Assembly: GCA_016748015.1 (NCBI GenBank) | Contig: JAAOMT010000304.1 | Span: forward strand, 62,001-126,000 | Direction: 5' to 3' | From: Geosiphon pyriformis uo1 | Taxonomy: Eukaryota; Fungi; Glomeromycota | DNA length: 64,000 bases | Shown here: one piece after another, positions 52,147 through 64,000 of the stretch | How positions within the stretch are numbered: position 1 is the first letter of the stretch | How the letters are laid out: each line of letters opens with the position of its first letter | Position numbers and translations under genes: made by a program | Notes under the pieces: model-generated | Told to the model about the DNA's origin: nothing | Databases searched by the model: none | The model's input: the letters and a program-made list of their open reading frames with translations, nothing else

Positions 52147-55100
52147 AGCTTAAAAAAATGATACATAAAAATCTATTTTGGCTGTAAAACATTTTATGCT
52201 AATTGACCAATCACTTTGTTCATCATGTGTAACCGAAATCATGTACATATTTATTAAGCACCAAGGCTAAAAAAAGTATTTTTAATGTAAAATTTAAGAA
52301 TTAAATTTTTAATTATAAAAATATTATAATTTTAAGAAGTTTTTAAACAATCAAAAAAAATACTTTGTTTTTGTTTATCAGATTTTTATACTTAAATTAA
52401 GAATAATTATTTATTTATATATAATTTTTAAAATATTTATTTTGTTACAAATACAAATTACGTATTTTATTCCAGAATTAGATTTGATATTTTTAATGTA
52501 TGTTTAATTTTATTTGAATTTATCAAAAATATTTATATAAATTTTTGTTGTATTAATGTAATTCAAATTTAAAAATAAATAAATAAAGATATTTTTTATG
52601 GAATTTTTTATTAAAATTATTTAGATATTACAATTTTTTGTTTTTTAGTTTTAATTTGATTTTTAACACCAAAATTCTATTTTTTTGGCATTAATAATAT
52701 TTTTTAAGAAGTGCCAAAAATTCACTATTTATTTATTTTATTTAACAATTTATTTATAATTATTGAAAAATAATGTAAAATTTTTTAATAATTTAAAACA
52801 AACAATTAATAATTTTTAATTAACATAGTTAAATATTTATTAATATATGTTGAAAATAATTAATTAAAAGTAAAACAAATTTATAGGACTTAAAATATTA
52901 TTTATAATAAAAATAAACCAAAAATAAAAGTTAAAAAAACGTTTTTAATATATATATATTTAGATAAATTCTTAAATATTTTTAAAAATTGCATATTTTT
53001 AAAAAATTTATATTAATATATTATTATTTTTTTATATTAATTAAAAATAATTATTTTTTTTATTTTTTTAACAAGTAAAATCTAAATATAATTTAATATA
53101 ATACATTAAATTAATTAATTTAAACTAAACATAAATTATGCATTTTTTATATATAATTAGTCATTTAGACCAGTTAAAATAATATTATATATTTATTATA
53201 ACATTAATAAAATTATTAATATTTGCAAAAAATAAGCACAACTTATATAATCCAAAACAAATACCAAAAAATTCAGCAACTTTTAACAGTTAAATAATAC
53301 TATTAAAAAGTATTAGCAACAACTTAAAAATTATAGAAAACAAAAAATTATTACAAAATATCAAGTCATTTTTTTTATATTTAGATTAAATCAATTAAAT
53401 TTTATTGTAATAAAATATTTTTAAATTATACACAAAATTCATAATTTTAAAATCTAAAAAAGCTTTTATATACTAATTTTTAAGAATACAACTTTTGTTT
53501 AAAGTAGTATATAAAATAGTATTAAAATTATATAATAATAATAATTATATAATATATAAAAAAAACTGGTTAAGATTTAATATAAAATTCTATAAAGCTA
53601 TATATAATTTTAGTAATCTTATATAAATATTAAGATCTGTTTTATAGAAAAAAAAAATCTGAAAATTAAACTTTTTTATAAAATAAACACAAAATATTAA
53701 AGTACTTTTTATTATATAAATAATTTTATTTATATATTTAATAATTATATAAAAATTTAAATATCAAACCAAAAAAACTTGATCTAATTAATATTTTTTA
53801 ACAAAGTTTTATTAATAATTACAATATTTAATCTAGCTTTTTATAGAACATAACTAATAAACTTAAAAATATTGTGAATAAAATACCAAAAACAATTATA
53901 TTATTAGATTTAATATATCTTTTACTAATCCAAATAAGAAGTATAAAGTCTAAATAAAAGATAATACCAACTTATTTATTAGTTATTTTATTGTTTATAA
54001 TATTCAAATATTTCTTAATTTTAGATTACTTAATCTAAAAATTCTTTCTTTTAATCAAATTTATTATATAATATTTTTTTAATTAATATTAACTATAAAA
54101 ATTAGAAACTACTAAATTTAATTCAGATAAATAAACATTTAATATTGTTTAATTATCTAAGTAGACTACAATACAACTAAAAAAAAGAATATATTTTAAA
54201 AAAAAAGCAATTGTTTATAGTTTAGCCAAAATAAAAAAAAGCAAATTATCAATTTTAATTTTTATTATTAAATTAAAATCTAAAAAATACAATAATCTTA
54301 TAATTTATATCAAATATACTCAAATTTTTTCATAAACTATCAATATAAACATTTATAATATTTAAATTAATTATCAAAAAACGATTTTTTATAATATAAA
54401 ATTCATTAAAATCCAAAATATTTTAAAATAATTTATAATATACAGCAAAAAAATTGTGAAAAAAAATTTTATAATCCAAAACTATTAGTTAATTTAAATT
54501 AAATAAGAACAGAATTTTTAAAATCAAGCTTTTTTTAATAATACAAACTTTTTTAATCAAAATCAAATTGTTTTTCATAAATAATTGTTTAATAAATATA
54601 ATATTAAATCTTTTAAAAGAGTAATAAATATTAAAAAAAACAAAAACATTCAAGATATAAGATATTGAAATATAACCTACAAAACAAAATATTAATATTA
54701 AATTATTTATATAAAAAAATTCATAACTCAGAAATATCTTAACTGTACTAATCAAAAAATTACTTACTAAACTAATTTTTAACCTAACAAAAAATTGTTA
54801 AAAAATGATTAAAAAATTAACTTAAAATTTACAAATTTAGAAATCTATATTTAAATAAATAACCAAAAACTTTATTTATACTTAAAAATATTATGACTAA
54901 AATTATTTTGTTTTTAGCTTATATTTGTTTAAATTTCTTTAGTTTATATAATAAAAAATAATAAATAGTCTTATTAAAAAAGTTTTTTGGTAAGTTAAAC
55001 TTTTTTTTTAAATTCTTTTTAATTAAAGTATTTTATTTATAATATATATTCTTAGAAATAAAACTGAACTATATTCTATAATTAATTATTAGTTGTAAAA

Positions 55101-55530
55101 TAACTAATATTAAATATAAAAACTATTTGTTTATAATAGTTTTTTTCAAAGTATATTTGTAAAAAACTTAATATTTAAGTAAATTTTAATTAAACTAGGT
55201 TTAAACAAACCAAATAATAACAAAAAAATATTTAAATACTTATTAAATTTTTTTTTTATAATTAAAATTAACAAACTACTAATAAACAAATATAATATTT
55301 TTATTTAATAATTAATAAAAATTGTTACAGTTTTATTATTATTAATTAAAATATTATTAATTTTAAAAAATTTATTTATAATATCTAAAATACATTATAT
55401 AATAGCTTAACTATTTTTTATTTAAATTGTATTATCAATAAAATTACTAGTAACAAAAAAAAATAATAAATTAACATGATTTTTAATTTTCCTTATTTTA
55501 ACAAAAAACATAATATTAATTTTGTATTTA

Positions 55531-58214
55531 TAGTTAAACTTAAGATAATTCATAGATATAAATTATTATAAGTTATTACAGATTATAAATTTTCTTATAT
55601 TTAAGTATATATAGTATACATATAATAAAAATAAATTAATTTGCATATTTTTATAAAAATTTTTAAATAGTTTTTATAATATTAAAGAAACTTATAAAAG
55701 TTGTTTGTTTTTGTTTATCTTGTATTTTTTTATAAAATATATATTTAATATAAACAAATTTACTAACTGTATCATAAAATTTCTTGTTATTTTTAAACTT
55801 TATAAACTGTTCAAAATTTGTAATAACAGTTAATGCATTCTTAATACTTATTATTTTTTGTATTTTTTGTTTTTCATTAGAGCTATTATGTTTTGTTTTA
55901 CAATTTATTATAATATAATTTGTAATCTTATCATCATTTAGATATTCTAAAATAATTGTATTGTTTTTTTAGATAAATTTATCAAATTTTTAATTGATAA
56001 ATATATATGCTTTGACTATATGCAATCAAACTTTTTTCAACAATTTTTAATCTTTTTTTATACTATTTTTTGATTATAATTAGCTATTATTTTCAAATTT
56101 GCAGTTTTATTCTGAAAATTATTATTTATATTAATTAGAAAAATGCCAATTTTGTGTTAACAATAAGCAATTATTTTATTTAAAACATTTTTTTATGTTT
56201 TATAAATTAGATATATTGTTTAAAGTAGATTATTATATAAATATTATTAACACTATTATCAAAAAGATTTAATACATAATAAAAAATGGTAACAGTAATG
56301 TGTCTTAAAACAATAAATAATTTTAGTATATATAAATTGAATATGTACTGTCAAGTTAGATACAAATTATTTTACATGAATATTTATAATAGATCTTATA
56401 TTATAGTTATAATTAACAAAATTGTCTATTAATAATAATATGTTTTGGTTTTTTTTATATAGCTAATAGTCCTAATCAACAAATTATTATTAAAAAATAT
56501 TATCAGTTATCTAAATATAAGTGTTTAAATAATACTTAAAACCAAATTGCTTTTCTGTTTTTTTTGAAAACAGTATAAACATTTAACATAATTAATAATA
56601 AGTAGTAATAAATATTCAGTTTTATTAGTATTGGTTATAAAAACAAATGTTAATTATATTTTTAATTTTTTAATGCCATAATATTATAGCAAAATCTTGA
56701 TTTGATAATATAACATAAAATAGTATAGTTTTATCTATATTAAAAATATTGCATAATTTCTAATCAGCAAGAAATATTATTATATACACTCACTTATTTT
56801 CAATATATTTAATATTACTTAATAATATATTATCATAAAAATAAAATAAATACAATTCAACATAGTTTTTAAAACTTTTAAGCCAGTTATTGAATTGTTT
56901 TTAGCACTTATTTTCTGAAATATCTAATTGATTATAAAATTTTATGTCAGCAGCTCAAATTATATCTTTAGTAAGTATTATTTTATATGATTCTGCCTCT
57001 TAAACAAAAATAACAAGTGCTTTATCAAAGTTAAAATTAAATACTGTACATATATGCTTATTAGTCAAGTTATATATTATATTTGTTTATGAACAAAAAT
57101 TTGGTTTATTTTTAACCCAAGCCAAAATTAAAGACTGTTTTATGTATGAAAAACCATTTTTCTTAAAGTATTTTGCAGTTTTTAATTGGTTTTTATTATT
57201 TGCATGATATTAATTAAGCATTATAAACTTATTATAAAGTGTAGCATTTTTATAATTTTGCTAAAAAGATAATATGCTTTTTGCTATTAGATATAGTAGA
57301 ATCAAAAAGAAAAAGAAAAGTATAATTAAGATTCTGATTAAATAAAACTGATTTAAAAATTCGACTTAATTATTTACAAAATTAATAATAATTTAAAATT
57401 CTGATTTAATTATTAATACAATCAATAATATTTAGAACTTGAGACAATTTAAAACTCTGACTTAATTATTTATACAATTAATAATAATTTAGAACTTGAA
57501 ATAATTTGAAATTTCAACTTAATTATTTATACAATTAATAATAATTTAGAACTTAAAACAATTCGAAATTTTGATTTGATTACTTATATAATCAATAATA
57601 ATTTAAAACTTAAAACAATTCAAAACTTTGATTTGATTATTTATATAATTGATAATAATTTAAAACTTAAAACAATTTGAAACTTTGACTTGATTATTCA
57701 TAAAATTAGTAATAATTTAAAACTTGAAACAATTCAAAACTTTGATTTAATTATTTATAAGGTTAATAATAATTTAAAACTTGAAACAATTTAAAATTCT
57801 AACTTGATTACTTATATAATTAATAATAATTTAAAACTTAAAACAATTTGAAATTGACTTGATTACTTATAATTAATAATAATTTAAAACTTGGAATAAT
57901 TTAATATTCTAACTTGATTACTTACATAATTAATAATTATTCTATTAAATAAATAATATTATATTATTATATAGTATTTTTAGTTATAGAAATATTGGTT
58001 TGTTTATTGTAATTTTATTAAATTAGCAGAATTTAAACTAAATTTAGCACTTAAGATAACTTATACTAATAGTAAAAAGTTATAAGTTATTAAATATTAC
58101 AGATATAAGTTATAAATATAGGAATTCTTTAATTACCAAATTGATAAATTCAAAATATTATAACTTATTACAAGTTATAAGTTATCTTAATATGAGTTAT
58201 TTTAGATTTGACTA
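55531..58214 (-). mobile_element. pogo/Tigger-like (Tc1/mariner superfamily) DNA transposon, decayed
   Basis: Degenerate TIRs TAGTTAAACT... / ...GATTTGACTA, TA TSD. CENP-B-like HTH remnant (FDKALVIFV...NNWLKSF) and DDE_1 remnant (LTFVFITN..., ILLLIDNF, HIQF...IIYCFKTHY) at ~55750-57250. Confidence 0.8.
57350..57940. repeat. ~57-bp tandem repeat, about 10 units, inside the pogo-like element
   Basis: Unit like AAACTYTGACTTRATTAYTTATAYAATTAATAATAATTTARAACTTRAAACAATTY repeated head to tail. Confidence 0.9.
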
Positions 58215-61200
58215 TATACAGATTTTTTGATTTTTTTATTATATATAAAAAAAGATTATAAAAATATTTTATAAAAGTAAAAAAAAAACTTTATTTTAAT
58301 TCAAATTATTATGTAATTAGTACTTATTTGTTAGTTTAAAATTTATTATTACTTAATTAATTCTATTATAATAAATATTGTTAAAAAATTAAATAAATTT
58401 ATTATATATCTTAACTTTATATAAATTATTTCTTAGATAAAATTATTCAATAGAATTATAAGTCTTTTACATATTTTATAAAATCAACCAAAGTTTGTAA
58501 TTTTTTTCTAAAGCATCTTTTATTACAAAACCAATAGCAAAAATCAGAAACTTAGTTGTAATATCTTTGAAAACAGAAAAATTATTATTATAAAAAATAT
58601 TAAACTTGTTATATATTAAAAAAATTCTGTTTAAAAAAATTTTAATTAAAACTTTATTTTATTTATACAGTTTAAAAATTATAGACATTTATATTTTTTT
58701 TATGATTAAAAAATTAATTTACAAACCAAATAAATATTCAAAAAATTTAAAACATATACAATATTAAATTATTATAATATATTTAAAGTTTATTAAAAAT
58801 ATTAAACAAATTAGCAGCTTTTCTATTAAAAAGCTTTTTGATTACACTAAACATTTAATTTAAACTAATAGTATTTATAACTTTAAAAAAAGTATTATTG
58901 TTTATATAATTAAGTAGTAAGTATTAATATTATTACAAATTAAAAATGTTTTTTTTCTTGTTTATTTTAGATTTAATCTTACTAAAAACTAAAATCAACT
59001 TATTTTTTACAATCAAATAATTTAAAATTATCTTTTAAAATAAGTACTTTAAGACATTTTTAATAATATAATTTTTTTTGATTAAAAAGTTTTTTATATA
59101 TTTAAAAATAGTAAATCTATAATATAACTTTTTTATGCTACATAAAATAAAATAAATATTATTAAAACCAGTATTAATATCTAAAAAAGCTTACAAAATT
59201 AGTATTTATATTATCAAAAAAATTTTAACAATTTATTAACAATATAAACTTTATATTTAATCTAATTTATAATTTTTTGACAATTTTAAATACCAAAATT
59301 TCAAGCTTGTATGATTTAAATAACAGCTTAATAAAAATATTATTATATTTTTTATGTTATATTTTAGAAAAACTTTATTAGTTAAAAGACATACTATTTT
59401 TTAAATTATATTTTACATAATATTTAAATCTAAAACTATTATAAAATAATAAAATTAATATAAAACAACATAAAATTAGCCAATATAGCACTTTTAAATT
59501 AAATTTATTTAATATTATTTATATTTTTAATATTAAACTCTAATTAATTTTTGTTTACTTATTTGTAAAAAAAAATTCAATTATATGTTCAAAAGTTTAT
59601 TTAAAACAACAAAAATAGTAATTATTAAAAAAATTATTAATATTTGTTATATTTTTGTTAATTATTGTATTAATAAAATTAGCAAAAAAAAAGCTTTATT
59701 GAAATCCAAAATAAAATTTACTTGGCTTTTTTTTTGTTCTTTTAAATATAAAAAAATTAATTATTAATTTGTCTATTTTTTAATTATTATTAAATATGTT
59801 AAATCTATATAAAAAAATTTTTTTTAATTAATTGTATTTTTACTCTTTAAAAGTATGTTTACTAGTTTACAAACTGATAAATAATTGTTTTAATTAAAAA
59901 ATTCTTTCTAAAAAAATTAATATAAGCTTAATTATTTTTGTTATTAAAAGTATTATTGTTATAATTATTATTGTTTTGATTGTCATTATTTTTAGTAACT
60001 ATTAAAAATAAAATAATATTGTTATAAACTTTTAAATAATATTTAGTTATTTTACAGTAATATTATAAAAATAAATTATAATTTTGCTGTTTTTGGTTAT
60101 ATAATAATTGTTAAAATTAATTAAAATATAGCTTATATTTAAATTTTTAAGATTGCTAGTTTTTTTATATTGTTTAAGTTAATAAGTCTAATAATCAAAC
60201 TAAATTAATAATAAATTTATTAAATTATTGTTTATTAAAATTAAAAATTTAGACTACAAAAAAAATTGTTATTTAAAATACTAAAACAAAAATAAAAAAA
60301 GTATAAATAATAAAAAAATATTTTTTAAGTGCATTTTTTGATTACTTTTAATTTTTTTAAACATATTTAATGGCTATATTTATTGTAAAATTATTTTTAA
60401 AAACAAAAAACTAAAAAACATATAATAAATTAGTTTATAATTTTGTTATAAAAATATAAATGTTTTGTTTTTTGGTTTAATTTTGGTATTTATTTATTTA
60501 TTTAATTTTTAAATTGTTTTAACATATTTAATAATAATTTTATCTAAATTTTAATTTTATTTTAGTTTTATTTATAATTTAGAAATTAAATTAGAGGTTT
60601 AAATATTAACAAATATTTATTTAGTCATTTGTTAATAAATATTTTTTTTTGAAAATTATATAATAAATAAATTATAAAAATAGTTATTAATAATTTGAAA
60701 TTTGTATTTGTTGTTATATTAGTTGATTATAGTTATTTTTTTAAAATTATTTAATTATTTAATAAAGTTTTATGTATTTTTTCTAAATAAAAACAATAAT
60801 GTATTATTTTTTTGTTTAAAAATAATTTAAATATATTAAAGAACCAATAGCATATTTTAATTATTAAAAATATATATTATAAAATCAAAAATTGAGTTTT
60901 TAAATATTATATTTGAATTACTTGAAAAAATTTTAAATATAGATGCTGTTTAATAGTTTTTTTTCTGTTTTAAAAAAAGTTTTAACTAATTAATATGTTG
61001 CTATTCAAATTTAAAAATTATTATTTAAAAATTACTACATAAAAAAATTAATTAATATTATTATTTTTTATATAAGTGGTTTTAAAATAAGTTTAATTAA
61101 AGAAATATATTAAATAAATATATAAAATTTAATAAAATATTTGTTTAGAAATTAAATTCAAAAGTCTTAAAATTGTCTATTAGATTAATTTTTAACAAAA

Positions 61201-64000
61201 AAACAAATTAAGTAAAAAAAAATTAAGTTTTCAATAATTTAAGTTATTTTTATTATATATATAAAATATTTTTTTAATTATTATATAGTGCAAACTATTT
61301 ATAGTCATTAAAAAATTTATATAATTTTAAATTATATTTAGTCTTCTAATTTTAATAATTTTAAAAAACTAAACTGTAAATATGATAGATTAAGTTCTTT
61401 TCTTTCATATTTACAATTTAATTTTTTGAATTATATTATATTTTATAAAGTTATTAAAGTTTAAAATTAGCTATTTTTATTATTAATTTTTAATTTTTAG
61501 ATGCCAATTAATCAGATTTTAGCCAATTAACAATCATTAAAGTTATATTACTATGTGATAAATTATTAAAGTATTATTATTTTTAGAAAGATTTTTAATT
61601 AATATTAATTTAATCTTTAAATAATTATTTTTTTATTAAGATATAATATCTTTTGGCTTGTGTGTTTTCTGCTAATAATATAGTATTATTAATTATAAAT
61701 ATTTTATTTATACTATTACTATATTCAGTTGTCATTATCAGAACAAAAATTCAGATATCAATATTATTTACATCAAATGCCAAAGGAATTATAAAAGTAC
61801 TAAAAATAATTGTTGAGAAATTTGGAAATATTATTTGTGCTTTATTTGTAATTTTGTGTTTTTTTTTGATAAATATTAAAAACAATCAGCTTTAGTGTTA
61901 AAAACAGCAGATTTAAAAAAAGAATTGAAATAATTATAATATGATTGGCTATTACTTCAAGAGTAATATTATAAGTGAAATGTTTGATATTAAAAAATAT
62001 TACAAAAGATTAATTACTTATCTCAATTCTTATATTTTAAAGCAATAACATAACTCAAAATTTATAAAAAAAATTAATATAATTAATTTTTTAATGAATA
62101 AATTTTGTGATAAATTATAGATAGCTTATCTTTTTTTGTAGTATTATATATTATAATACTTAAAACATATGTCTTAAAATAGACAATACTATATAATAAT
62201 TTAGTAGATATCTTTGTTTTTATCTGTAGTTAAAAAAGTCTGCCAAATGCTTTTGTAAACACTATAATTGTTAACTTTTATGTAATTTTTAGGTTTTTTT
62301 GTATAATAAGTTCAATATTTATCTTGTTATCTGATGTTTGATTAATAATTTGCATTCTATTAAAGTTGGTTTTTTTTATATACTTGTTTTTATTATGTCA
62401 ATATATCAATTTAGACAAATATAAAATTTTTTTTAGAAATCTTGAAACAAAGTTTTCAAAATAAGTTAGAAGAACTAAATAAGATAATATTGTAATCAAA
62501 AACAATTAATTATATAACTTGATTTTGAATTAAATGAAATATATAATTGGCTGATATTTATATTATTTGAAACTCTGACTTTTAATTTTATTTTTTCAAA
62601 TATTTTATTTTGCATATGTTAATTTTTAAAGATATTTGTTAGCTTTTATTGTTATATAATAACATATAATAATAAAAATATGAATAAGAAAAAAATTTGT
62701 TTATTTAAAGTTTTTAATGTATTTTTAATTGGTTTTTAATTAAGAATATACTGTATAAAAGAAACTAAAGCAGATTTTACTAAAAAACTTTCTTTAATTT
62801 ATGGTGTTGAATAATGTATTATGTATACTAATATAACTTTAAACACAGAAAAAAGTATTTTTCCAATTATTAATAATAGCAAAAAATTTTAATGCTACTA
62901 CATATAAAGATTTATATATATAAATATTATTGTTATTAAATTTTTTGAAATATCTTATAGATAAATTCTGTAAAATTAAACTTATAATAATTATATAACA
63001 ATTTTAAAACAAATATTATATTTAAACATAATTTTTATGTATATGATATAACATTTTTCTATAATATCTTACAATATATGTTTTTTAATAACTAATATTT
63101 TGAATATTTTTTTTTATAAAATTTTAAAAATAGATTGTGTTTCATCTAATAAAAAAAATGATCAAAAGCTTAAAAATATAAAACATAAAAGTAGTATTTA
63201 TGATTAAAAATTAATTTAATCAGATTTAAAAAAAAAAACTTGCAAACTATTTTTGCAATCTATAAAAAATAAAAAACAATAACCAATTTTGAAAATTTTG
63301 ATTAATATTATTTTTATAATAATGTAAATACTTACTTTAAATTCACAAATAACTTTTCAATAACTATAATATTGTATTTCAAAGAATTGCTTAAATCTAA
63401 AAAATATATAAAATCTTCTATAATAAAAGTTTTCAATTAAATTTAATATTTAAATAATAAATTATATCAAAAAAAATATAACAACTAAAATACTTATTAT
63501 GTATTCAACCAAATTATAATCTAGTTTTAAAATTGGTTTTTTAGACTATAAAAAAAATTTCAATTGTTAAATATTTCAACAATTTATTAAAATATAATAT
63601 ATAATAGCTTATTATAGTAATCAAAAAACTTATATTAATTAGTATTAATTTAGGAAAATTAGGTTAAATTGAAAAATCTTTGGCTTTATTTTGATTAAAA
63701 GAATTGAAGTTGTCTTAAAGACTATAATCTTGAATAGCTTTTTTTTAGTGTTATATATTTTTAATAAGTTCATTTTGATGCAAAAAATATATAAAATATA
63801 TTAGTTTAAGTAGATAAAACCCAAATTTTTTGTAAAAACCTAATAAACTTCTCATTTGTAAGAATTTAACATTTTTAAAAATGTGTAAATTATTATTAAA
63901 ATACATGGCATTTTTAAAATTAATTACAAGTTTTGATCAAATTTATAAATAGATAATATTTTTTTCAATTTTTTCACTAATGTAATATAAAAACCATATA

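Larger units (their letters stand above)
53100..60200 (-). mobile_element. Decayed LINE split by a DNA transposon
   Basis: 3'-UTR motif at ~53154; RT FIDNTI at ~55435; FAIGFVIKDALEKN...TYNSI at ~58450-58580. Frame IKKSKNLY-KYKI is restored across 55531-58214. Confidence 0.7.

Noticed and set aside
57350-57940. CRISPR-like array
   Set aside because: Whole units repeat with no unique spacers, there are no cas genes, and the context is a eukaryotic transposon.
60200-64000. Possible decayed coding sequence (hydrophobic stretch at ~61650-62000); similar unresolved DNA at 46370-48300
   Set aside because: Too degraded to assign to any family by eye.

Overview
AT-rich eukaryotic nuclear DNA that is almost entirely decayed transposons. 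The SAM-headed Crinkler-like gene and the element types suggest a Glomeromycota-like fungus (inference). 1-24.6 kb is a nest of Ty3/Gypsy-type LTR retrotransposons. Host element A is interrupted by a full-length element B (3912-13327, 4-bp TSD CTGG), an inverted solo LTR of family B (14305-15285) and a 3'-truncated relative C (18727-~24592). These elements share an unusual plan: apparently GUG-initiated Gag, protease, a ~210-aa multi-CxxC domain, a full dUTPase, RT and RNase H, then a STOP, then integrase as a separate ORF, then an extra 3' ORF. 24.6-64 kb holds several RNase H-containing LINEs in various states of decay, a pogo/Tigger-like DNA transposon (TA TSD, internal ~57-bp array) inserted in a LINE, a SAM + P-loop NTPase + REase Crinkler-like pseudogene, one CpG-retaining coiled-coil exon beside a gap, and two assembly gaps. 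Almost all repeats show heavy C>T/G>A decay. All calls come from manual reading and translation; no database searches were run.
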